From Psilocybe cubensis (lineage: Eukaryota): a stretch of DNA of 64,000 nucleotides. Location of the stretch: the NCBI GenBank assembly GCA_017499595.2, contig CM039007.1, positions 1,550,001 to 1,614,000 on the forward strand. Reading direction: 5' to 3'. The position numbers were made by a program, and so were the translations under genes. Below, in pieces: positions 23,727-34,051 of this stretch. Below the pieces are notes generated by a model. The model was not told the origin of the DNA. It made no database searches and worked only from the letters and a program-made list of their open reading frames with translations. Position 1 is the first letter of the stretch. Each line of letters begins with the position of its first letter.

Positions 23727-26174
23727 TTACTTTCCGAGACCTTTGCGAATGGCGTTGTGCAAGGTAATTCCGTCATCCTAAAGTTGAAACGCACAAGTTA
23801 ATACGCGAGGGGAAAATGAATAAATGAAACGCCAAACCTGATCAAGGGACCAAGTTGCACATCCAGCCATGTTGCTCGAAACAACGAGCTTGGCTTTGTC
23901 GGTAAGAGACCAGGTATCTAACGCGAAAGGCATCGTTAATATGCTTTGTTTGAGACGGAACTGGGGATAACTCACCGTCGTAAGTAACAACCGTGCTTTG
24001 GTCCTTGTTGAAAAGGTACTAAAAAGGAAGAATTTAGCACCTAAATAATCAGCTGAACAGGTTAAATTGAACGCACAGGCGTGTTGCTGCAATTATCCCA
24101 ACCTGAGAGGGAAAAATTAGCTCTTTTTGGTGCCCAAAGGCGTTCGAGAAGAGTAACACATACCCATTGTAAATCCACCCGCTTGTCCATAATTTCCATC
24201 AGACCTCTTGACAAGAGCGCCGGCCCCGACGATATCTTTGAACGCGATTTGTTTGCCCCAATATCCGGTCAGATTGGCAGCAGCGTTGATTGTGGGCGCG
24301 TCGGCCTCGGGATTGGTAACTTGGAGAGTCGTATTTGGGTGTGCGCCATTCAAAAATTCTGTTACCTCGACCTTGCCATCAGAACCTTTAGTCTCTGTCT
24401 TCTGAAGGAGCAACATCTCAGGGGTAGGCACTGAGCTGCCTGTCAAGACAGTCTTGGTACTCTTCGAAACGTATCCATAAAGCGCACATCCAAGGATGAG
24501 CTAACAATAAATGTACACAGATTATAGTCAGAAAGAAATATTGTAGGCAGGCTCGATAATTAGACTTACTTTGTTGCCTGGGAACTTAGCAGCAGTCCAT
24601 TGCTTATACGCGGCTTGTGCGCTTGCCTGAGGTTGCCAGGAAGTTCCGCACAAATTACCTGCGAGCGTTCAAGATTCAATGCCATCCATCTAGAATATTC
24701 AATTGAACGTACCATAAGGTGAGTTGGGACCAGGAGTAGCAGAGGCCCCCCAAACATCGTAGTTCCTGGAGAAGAAATTAGGAATGCGTTGAAAACATAC
24801 AAAAAGTCCGGGAAACAAACATGATTATGACGTAATCCATCTCGGCCGCAAATGCGGAGACATCGGTGAGCGGTTTACCGTTGGATCCCAACCAGGGCAT
24901 GTGGGATACAGCAGCAGAGATGATCTTGCATGGACCTGAGAGGGCGAGGAGATGAGCGATAAATTTGGGGGTATGGTTTGAAAAGACATCATCGTACCAA
25001 GAGAGATCCTCAACAGCTTGATTAGACTGAGGAGGTTGGCTGTGTCAGCGGCAGAGTAGGGTTGGCCAGCTCCTGGAGAATTCGGGAATTCCCAGTCAAG
25101 ATCAACACCTAGAGACGACGAGAATTGTCAGGGCAGATCAAAAAATGCACGAGATGTACAAACCATCGAGGTTATAAGTGTTGATGGCAGCAGCAATCGA
25201 ATTTGCAAACTTGGTTCGGTTTGCAGAGGTCGAGCAGGCCTGGCTGAAGTATTGGCAACCACCCCACCCACCTGAAATGGTTGAATTATCAGAACAATAT
25301 TTAAACAAATCTGTCGTCATTGATTGACGTACCGATAGAGATGAGGACGCGGGTGCCATGTCCACTGGTACGAGCTCCAGTAACCAGGCGCTTCAATAGT
25401 GCAGTGTTGCTGATATCAAGAGTATTAGACGAGGTCGGGACACCAAACGCTAGAAAAAAATGTTAGGTTCTCCACGAATAAAAGATGAAACAGAAGACAA
25501 AAGCTAACCGTAGAAGAGTAGATCGAACTTGGAGTAGTCGATACTCTCAGGAGGGCGAGCGCTACCGCCCCAATAAGTATAATAGGCACCAGCAATCTTG
25601 CTTGCGTTCGCATTTGCGGTCGAGAGTGTTGCCTCGCTAGGCTCTCCAGCTGCAATTTGCATTGCCTCTTTCCTGGTGAGAGTGGATGGCAAAGCGTCCT
25701 CGGGGTCGAACTTCATATCGCGCTCGATAGTTTGAGCAGAGAGGAACTCGTACAGAAGGGACTTGTCCTTGAATCTAGGGGTAGAGAGCAAGTCGACTAA
25801 GTACTCGGCGAGCCCGACTTTGCGTTCCGCGATGAGCTCATCATCAACCCATGCAGAGGGGATGAAAGTGGTTGCCAAAAGGCGCTTAGGAGGAAGGGTA
25901 TAGGGGTCCTTTAGGGCCTCTGTAGTGCGATCAGCTTTGCATGGAGAGTGTAAAAGCGATGATTATACTTGCCATGGAGTGTCACAAACTGAGATAAATG
26001 ACGAGACAGGTTCAGCAACTAAACAAAGGAATAAATAGGGAAAAAACCGACCTCAGAATAGCGTCTATGCGCAATCAATTCTTTACCATCAACTTTGGCG
26101 TTGATAGTGTAGATAATATGAGGGCGAGGCTTAGAAGCGGTGGTGTGAGTGGAGATGGTAACAGTAGGCATCAT
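23727..26174 (-). CDS. PX domain-GH18 chitinase fusion, copy 3
   Basis: PX: PHIIY..RRYSEF..LPPK..IAERKVGL; GH18: GAYYTYW, GGWGG, LDGVDLDWEFP, MNYDVWG, GCATWSLDQ; one GC-AG intron in PX. Confidence 0.9.
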
Positions 26175-27363
26175 TGCAAGAAAAAAGAAGGGCAGTAGCA
26201 GGTACCCTACCTCGACTGGATTGGATTGTTAAATACGACACAAATATTTCCATTCATGCGTTACCAGGCCACTGAGCCCCAGATGATGACAGAGGTGGAG
26301 GAGTTGAAGCCACTCTGGGCTGTCTCACAAACAAGAATGCCTGCATCCGCGATAGTTCCACTTGTCAAGGAGACAGGGTGCCTGGAACGCGACTGAAAAA
26401 AAATTGAAAACAGGGGTGCTACTCAAGACGCTTGAGCGTCTTGGGATGCATATTGAACAGTAAATGTGCAAGAGTCTGTACATACAGCAACTGGAGACGT
26501 GAATTGAACCCTTCCAAGTTTCTGTATCCTGGACGAATTCTCTTGAGCAGGCTTGTCGAGTTGGTGCAACCATCTCAGCTGGATAGGCACGCGGAACCAA
26601 TCTGTGGCGGCTCCAGGAGCCAGCACCCGACCAGAGAGAATATTAGCAAGCACGTACGCACAACAGTGTACCTGTTGTGGCTTCTCAGACATCCAAGGAG
26701 GTTCGGGAGCGCCGAAAGAAGGCTTGTCATAGCTTGTCATTCAACAGGTATGATGCGCAGCGGATATGTACCAAGCGGTAGAAAAGATCACATAGATCAG
26801 CCAGGCGCATATTTGGAGATGATACAGACATCAGTGACTATCTTTGAAGTCCGAGCTAGTCCGAGCGAAATAGTTTCAATGACTCGTTTTCCACTGAAAT
26901 AGACCAGTGAATTTGTCGCTCTTGTTGGCTCCTTGAAGAGCGTGCACTGCTGGCACGTCAATTTTGCCTTCCGTTGTCGATTACAGCCTGCAAGATAACA
27001 AAAGGTGTATTCGTAATGGTCTGAGGTAGAGATTGCGAAGCATAATTGGCCTGGACTGTGGAAGAAAGAAGGAGGCGTGCCGCTGCCCCTGTGTTCGGAT
27101 GTTTTTCCGGTTTTCCAAGTGACGTGCCGGCCAATTCCAGGATCGACGAAATGAATACGATGATGCGGGATGCCCATTTAAACCTTTACGACAGTAACTC
27201 AAATTTACGACAATGTTCGAAACACGGCAGATGAGAGATTCATTGACGTATTTCTATATAATGCACCGTATTCGTGCTGCCCTCTCTCTGCCTTCCCGGT
27301 CTAGTTTAGTGGGGTCTTCCTCCCTACTCAATTTTGGAACACTTTGAAGCTAGTCGAGCTTCT

Positions 27364-29100
27364 ATGGCATGCTTTTCTCTTTCCCAACAGTTCCGCAAGG
27401 TTTCTCCATGGCAGGATGCCCCTAGCGACGTCCTCATCGAAATTTTTCGCGAATGCATCGAGCCGTTGAAGTATGAGCAGCCCAACACCACCGTAGCCCC
27501 GATGCTCCTCTGCCAAGTTTGCTCTTACTGGCGATATGTCGCATTGGGTGCCCCACAGCTCTGGGATTCGCTTTATCACACTTGTAAAATTATCCCTCCG
27601 AAGGAACACACAGAATCCAGTGTGCTGAAAAACTGTATTCGTGCAAAAGATGTCCGCTTTTTGCAATGGTGGTGCAAGAACCTTGGGACGAAGAGTTCCC
27701 AGCTACGTCTCCGGCTGGACTGGTCTCATGTTGCCCGTAAATCCAAACACCCGGAGCTTGGTGTTAACGAAGACAGTGATCAAGCTCCGCATCCGGAAGA
27801 GCAATGTCAACTGTTCGAATCCCTCATCTCATCTGCAAAATATCTCGACTTGGATCCCTCCTATGTTACCGTTTTATCAAACTGGACATCCTTGCGCCCT
27901 TTCAGCTTCCCTAACCTCAACACGCTCGTCATGCGCCACGATACATGTACTACCAGAAGGCAAGGAACACTATATAGAGGCGTTCTAGCCGTGCCGATGA
28001 ATGCAGCGCACACACGTCCTATCCAGCAGTTGTATCTCGAAGCATTCAGATTCCCGGACAGCAAGTCCCTTGCTGCATTCAACTGGATCCATTTGACCCA
28101 CGCGAGTCTGCTGCACATACACATCCCTCTTCCAGTGTGGCACCACCTTATTCGGTGTCTAACAAGTATGCAGAGCGGCTTTTTCCAAATCTGCTCATTC
28201 GAAATGCCCAATGCAAATACGCACTTCATGAACTCCAGAAACGATGACGGCTACAGTCACCCTCCTATGGCCATCCTACCTTTTCTGCACACCCTCCATC
28301 TCTCCTTGCCACCACACCGCATATTGACCTCCCAAATCCTACTCGCCCTATCCTTACCGTCTCTCCGGCATCTCCGCCTCTCAAGTCTCGGCCTTTCCCT
28401 GTCATCTCTGCACGCAATCCTCTCCTCCACCCCCTCACTCACACAGTTACAGCTCTGTGGCAGCATCCCTTTCTGTTGGACCTCACATACCATTTCCATC
28501 CCACCCGCCATCCCGCCACACCCAACCCAAAGCGCCTGCACACCACTCACCGAGATCCTACCCAACCTCACTCACCTACTCCTAGACGGCAGCATGCAAA
28601 ACAACCACATGGTTTTATCTTGGGTATGTGCTGTGCTCTCTTCGCCGTGGCTGCAATTGCCCATGCGGGGCGGCCACTACCAACGCCACCATTCACATTT
28701 GGATTCATCCGCTACATTCGCTGCTGCCACTTCCACGGAGAGCGACGCCACCAATGCAAAACGCAGGGGTATCACCCACCTGCATCTTGCTATCTCCAAC
28801 CCATCTGATACCATTCCCGATGGCGATGACACCAACATCTCCGCCCAACAGCAATTTCCGTTGACATTATACAATTCCTCCAGCACGCACAATGAATGGA
28901 TGCCCTCACACCTCTTTTCCATGGAACGCTCGAATTACGTGATGCAGAAGCTAAAGAGTATTGTCGCAAAATGCGACTTGGATCCAACTGTGGAAGTTGT
29001 CATTCGCGGACCGGATGCTCCAAAGCTGTGGTCAGGAAACCTCATTAACGAAGACGAAAACCCCGCCTTCGAGGTTTCAGGGTTCTTCCCACTGAATTGA
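27364..29100 (+). CDS. F-box-like protein with degenerate LRR-like repeats, single exon
   Basis: PSDVLIEIF..APMLLCQVCSYWRYVALGAPQLW motif; repeated LPxLxxLxL units; uninterrupted ORF with first ATG at 27364. Confidence 0.85.
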   Translation: MACFSLSQQFRKVSPWQDAPSDVLIEIFRECIEPLKYEQPNTTVAPMLLCQVCSYWRYVALGAPQLWDSLYHTCKIIPPKEHTESSVLKNCIRAKDVRFLQWWCKNLGTKSSQLRLRLDWSHVARKSKHPELGVNEDSDQAPHPEEQCQLFESLISSAKYLDLDPSYVTVLSNWTSLRPFSFPNLNTLVMRHDTCTTRRQGTLYRGVLAVPMNAAHTRPIQQLYLEAFRFPDSKSLAAFNWIHLTHASLLHIHIPLPVWHHLIRCLTSMQSGFFQICSFEMPNANTHFMNSRNDDGYSHPPMAILPFLHTLHLSLPPHRILTSQILLALSLPSLRHLRLSSLGLSLSSLHAILSSTPSLTQLQLCGSIPFCWTSHTISIPPAIPPHPTQSACTPLTEILPNLTHLLLDGSMQNNHMVLSWVCAVLSSPWLQLPMRGGHYQRHHSHLDSSATFAAATSTESDATNAKRRGITHLHLAISNPSDTIPDGDDTNISAQQQFPLTLYNSSSTHNEWMPSHLFSMERSNYVMQKLKSIVAKCDLDPTVEVVIRGPDAPKLWSGNLINEDENPAFEVSGFFPLN

Positions 29101-29398
29101 CTTAGCTTAGAAACATGACGATGGATGTCGTAACTTACACCTGTCTATGCCTTTAATTTGCTTTACGACATTCAATTAATCACACACTCATACATTCATT
29201 TCGTTTTTTGTTTCATTACTCTTCATTTTTTGCTTGGGAGAAAAGTTAGAGGACAAAAAATGCTGGCTAAGTATGTGTCGTGGCACCAAGAGGAAACAGA
29301 AAGCAAAGTGATGCACAGAAAAGAAAAAAGCTACATTCTAGATTTCCCATCTTCCTCATCAATACAGTTACAAAAGGCACAATCCAATACCCAGACGT

Positions 29399-31077
29399 TT
29401 ACTTCAACTGAGAAAGCAAAATAATTCCGTTAACAAACTAACTTCAGAGCAAAGATTTTACCAAAAAGACTCACGTTCTTGCCATCAACCCACTTCTTGC
29501 CATCGATTTCGAGATCCCAGGCAAGGGCAGCCTCGAAGAAGGCCTTGTCAGCAGGGGAGTTTTTCACGTCGAGCTTGGTGTACGAGTAGGACTCGTAATC
29601 GGGAGCAACGTTGATGACAGGGATGATGTCCTGTCCACGAGCGATGATGATGCCAGAGATGGCAGAGTCGCCAGTGGTACCAAGAACACCGAGGGATCCG
29701 AAGACATACTTGCGGGAAGCCTCGAGGCGGTTGAAGAAGCCGCCAATCTGGTTGGAAGACATGAAAGTCTGGGTCAGTTCATCGTTGTACTTGAAGTCAA
29801 CCCTCCAGACTGAGAAACCATCGTAGTCGAAGCTACACGCAGAGAAATGAGAACATGAGGATCGGCAGACACAGCTAATAACGAAATTCTTACTTCTCGT
29901 AGAACCATTCGATAGAACCACCGGCACCGCGGGTTTCCTTGTTGGAGTACGCGCGTTTCCAGTCCTCAAGGTTGAAGGAAGACTTAGGGAGGTCGTCAAG
30001 GGGGTTCTTGACTTTGGGTTCGGCTGGGACAAGATTGTCATCCTCATCATCGTCCTCTTTGGCCTTTGGCTTCTTCTCAGCCTTGGGAGCAGGAGCAGCA
30101 GCAGGCTTGGCCTCTTTCTTTTCCTTAGCGGGAGGAGTGAATTGGATGGCCTTGTCAACGTAACTGGTCTCGCCGAAGACAGCCTTAAGTTTGGGCTGGT
30201 TGACGATGGTCTCGAGATGGCGGATAAGGTTAGGGAGTTTGGCGCGAAGGGCAGCATCAATGGTGATTCCAACGGCTTTTTGAACGAGGCCAGCAACGGT
30301 AAGGTCAGCAAGGGTAATGCGTTCACCAACAAAGAAGGTACGGGTGGCAAGATGGGCTTCGAGGGTGTTCAAGGTGCGAGTTTGGCGTTCAACAAGGGTG
30401 GTATGGGTCTGGGATTTTAGTCAAATTTTGGACGAAACAGAAGAGAAAAAAAATGATGCTTACAGCCTTGTTGTAAGGGTAGAGGCCGACGCAAAGGCCA
30501 CGGATGAGATCGGTGAAAGTATCGACCTCAGCTTCCGTCAAGTGAATCCATTGGTCGACGAGAGCGGCATCCTCAGGGGATCCTCCGAGCAGTCCAGAGT
30601 TGGGGGCAACACTGGCAACTGGAGACAAGAGATAAGTTAGCAAGAAATATATTAAATCAACGTAAATCGAATTCAGGAAAAGTATCTTTGTAGGTAAGGA
30701 CGCATATAACAGCACACGTCAATGTCTCGATATCAACGAAAGATTCCCTGAAGTTGTTGCGATCGATAAGATAAGGACACTCACGGTAACGAGCAATAAC
30801 GGTGCCCTCGAAGAGCTTGAAGCCGTTGGCGCTTTCCCAGGCAGGAATCTTGCCATGAGGGAACTTGGACAAGAACTCAGGCTTCTTGTTGTCAACCATG
30901 TGCTCATAGGCAGCAGGGAGGGCGATCTCAACACCGCTCAAGGCAGCGACGGCCTTGATCTAGAGTTTACAGCAAGAATTCATTAAGCACCCGATATTAA
31001 GTCTTAATGAAAGTATAACGTACGATCTTGCCCTTCGCCTGGTAATCGGTGGTCCACAAAGTTCCAGCTGGTGCCAT
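29399..31077 (-). CDS. TEF4: Translation elongation factor 1B gamma
   Basis: GST-like N-terminus (KFPHGKIPAW, FFVGERITLAD), Lys/Ala linker, C-terminal KNPLDDLPKS..WKRAYSN..FMSSNQIGGFFNRLEASRK. Confidence 0.96.
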
Positions 31078-31555
31078 TTTTTAGTATTGAGAGTGGGTAG
31101 ATGGTAAAGATGAGGAAACGAGATAACTTTGCAATTTTTTCGTCGACTCAATCGGTGATCTCTGATCAGGTCCATCACGTGTTTCTTCAGGGTCGGTTTT
31201 TAGCCGACCAGCTTGCAGTGATCTATCGTCCATGTGCGGCAAACAATTTTCGTAGCACAGCGTGGAATAATCTCGAATCCTGTCAGCGCATGGGAGCATA
31301 TGCAACCATTTGAATCTTATGCAGTTATAGCATCCAAAATACTTAAGAGCCGACAATCTGGCATGCGCATTGATGATGGTAGAAAGAATATATCAACAAG
31401 TACATGTAAAGTGGTTTATTGTGTATAGATAGACACGCCATGACGTTGGTGAAAAAGGTAGGACTCACCTAATATACCCGAGGTCTTTGAACAAGCTGAA
31501 GTGCCTGCCAGAGAAAACAATCAGCAATCACGCGACGAGAGACACCATAAAAGAG

Positions 31556-31630
31556 GGATATCAGATTTTCGAAATCTCGACAGAAACATTAAGACAGGGA
31601 TAACTGAAAATATACGTCTCATCTTTTTTG
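31556..31630 (-). ncRNA. snR38: Box C/D snoRNA, snR38-like (copy A), predicted guide for LSU rRNA Gm2815 (yeast numbering)
   Basis: C-like AAGATGA, guide CAGTTATCCCTGT antisense to rRNA ACAGGGAUAACUG, D' CTTA, D CTGA; the D+5 position pairs with the middle G; lies in GT-AG intron 31505-31676. Confidence 0.82.
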
Positions 31631-31784
31631 ACACCTCCGTCCAGGGATGTCCAGAAGAAAAAAAAATTGAACTCACATATTTGCCGATACCCGTGCCAAA
31701 TATCAAACATATTTGAGGGAGGACTGAATGCGCCTGAAAAAACTTGATTAGCCAAAGATATCGATAAGGGTTTGAAAATGTGAA

Positions 31785-31862
31785 AGAAATCAGATTTCAA
31801 AGGTCTCGACATAACGGTGTTAAGACAGGGATAACTGAAAGGTAAATGTCTCTTCTTGTAGA
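31785..31862 (-). ncRNA. snR38: Box C/D snoRNA, snR38-like (copy B)
   Basis: Same 13-nt guide, D' CTTA and D CTGA; degenerate box C AAGAAGA; lies in intron 31734-31912. Confidence 0.75.
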
Positions 31863-32076
31863 AAAGCCATGCCACGGGAACAATGCAGCAGGACGAACAA
31901 AAATGCAGTTACGATTGCTCACCAGTCAAAACCTAATTCTGATAAAGAAGACCCAGCACATTCGTGTAGTAGATGAGAATGGGATACGAAACGGTTGCCC
32001 AAGTGTTAGAACCTGATGTATGTGGAAAGTTGGTCAGAATTTGATTCGAATGCGTAAAGTGGGACAACAATTAGAA

Positions 32077-32175
32077 AGGGATCAGATTGATTTTCTTCTC
32101 ATAGGTTTGTTGGGGCGTTACTCCCTCCTCAATGAGCTGGGTTATCGAGCATTACGCTCTTTTTCATCGCGTCGA
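32077..32175 (-). ncRNA. snR69: Box C/D snoRNA, snR69-like, predicted guide for LSU rRNA Cm2948 (yeast numbering)
   Basis: C-like GCGATGA, guide AACCCAGCTCA antisense to rRNA UGAGCUGGGUU, D' TTGA, D CTGA; D+5 G pairs with the C of GAGCUGG; lies in intron 32013-32221. Confidence 0.72.
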
Positions 32176-32645
32176 GTCCGTTGGCCGAAGAAAGAAATAT
32201 GACCGCAAAAAGGATACTAACCTGACTACACATCTTCAACACTTCCCTCAACAAAACTATCCATCTGCAGTGTCAGAAAGGCTTGTCCATGAAGTCCGGC
32301 TACGGTGTCCACGCAAAGAGCAAGAGCGAGTTGGGTGGTTCTAAAAATTGCAAAAAATGAGATTTTTTCAACGGCCAACGTGAGTGTTTAGGGTAGGCTC
32401 ATCAAAGCATCACTGGCTTTACGCGTTTACTTGTTCGAATCAATTTTTGGCTCTGTTTTCTTCCTCCGTTTCCAATGCTTTTCTCATAGTCCCATACCAA
32501 TTGGTATCTCGACTGACTGGTGCAATTTTTACCCTGCTCGGAATTTATTATGGACTAATTGATGAACAACTTCCTTGAAAAGTTGTAATCTAGCTATCGT
32601 AATTAATACATTGCTAATGAATCCTCTTTGCATGGCGTACATATC

Positions 32646-33558
32646 TCATCCCAGGAAGTCTGTTTCTCCTTTCTTGATGAAAGCGTCCAAACCTTCTTCG
32701 ATTGGTGTATCTCCTCCTACAAAGTCGATTGCCAGACCAGCTGCGTCTTCTCGATCAGCGAGAAGCGCGAGAACTTTGGCCACATCGTCGCGCTTGTAGG
32801 AAATATCACTGTTAATAGCCAGCTTGAAGTGGGTGTCCTTCTTATACTTACAGATATGTGATTGCTCAAATGTGCCCTCCCGATGGAAGCTGTCCCTTTG
32901 CCGGGATTGTTGCTCAGAGTTCCAGGGCGGAGGATAGTCCACTTGAAAGCAGTGCGTTTTGTCAAATTTTTGTCCGCCTCATACTTCCAGTGCACGTATG
33001 TCTTGAGAGCCTCTCTATATTTCTTAGAGCGGGCAATATCATCTTCATTCTGCCGTTCGAATTGTTAGCTCGTCGGTTCAAGGAATAATAGATGTTCTCA
33101 CGTAATGGGCAGGAATCTTCTCTGGGTCCCGAATGTCGATGGCTGATACGAGGATCAACCTAGGCTTAGCGCTGCTTACCCCTTCGATAGCGTCAAAGAC
33201 CTTGACGGCGCCTTCATAGTCGACCTTTTTCGTCCTTTCTTCTCCGCCTTTGCCACCCGCTCCAGCTGAGAAGTAAACAACATCTTGGCCTGTAAAGGCT
33301 TTTGTGAAATCAGAAACCGGAGAATCCTCCAGAGAAAGGACCAGAGGTGTTGCAGATACATCCATGATATCATTATTCTGTGAGGCATCTCTGATTATGG
33401 ATGTGACGGATTTTGTCGCCGAAAGTAGTTTGGCGAGCCGCAAAGAGACCTATGAGAACATCATCTCAATTTGTCTGGACGCATATGCCAATTGAAAAAG
33501 TTTGAGTAAATATACATACATTTCCATGTCCGCCAACAATTATAACCTTTTTTGACAT
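32646..33558 (-). CDS. NAD(P)-binding atypical SDR protein (YMR090W-like)
   Basis: MSKKVIIVGGHGN, VVYFSAGAGGKGG, VDYEGAVK, KYEADKNL, WTILRPGTL. Confidence 0.88.
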
Positions 33559-34051
33559 TGTAGTATGAGGAGAACGTATGAGGAGGTTCATGGGGTGTGA
33601 GTTTGCCAGAAATGCCCCTAATGAGTTGTGTCAATGATGTCACCGGGTCACATCATGTGAAGATAAGATTATCTTGGAAACGCGATCACGTTGGACTGGC
33701 GGAACTTTTCAGTCTCGACCACAACAATAGCGTACCACCCAGCCGCTCAGGCATGGTCATTTCTTCTGTCGATTGGGCTATCTTAAAACTTTTTCTCGGT
33801 TCAAAGGTCCTGTTACTGACGTTCTCCTGATGTTTGCATCGGGCCTGCCTGGGTTCTCCAAACCCGTTGGCTGACCTGGACTGACTTGGGCTGACTGCCA
33901 GGATTTCAACGACAGTCCGTGTACTAATGTCAGAACGTATATAACATGCAAACTAGCTGCGTTATTCTACATCGAACTACTTGGTTCTTTCTTCTTTCTC
34001 TCTTGTTTTCGAGTTCGCTTTCGTCTTTGCTCAGATTTCAACACCACCGTG

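Larger units (their letters stand above)
31350..32330 (-). ncRNA. Spliced non-coding snoRNA host transcript (ends approximate)
   Basis: Run of donor/branch/acceptor sets separated by 20-60 nt exons with no coherent ORF; RRPE-like TGAAAAAAT upstream near 32362-32370. Confidence 0.6.

Noticed and set aside
31594-31837. ACAGGGATAACTG as rRNA fragments or an I-SceI-like site
   Set aside because: Only 13 nt match, flanked by C/D boxes on the minus strand, so better explained as snoRNA guides
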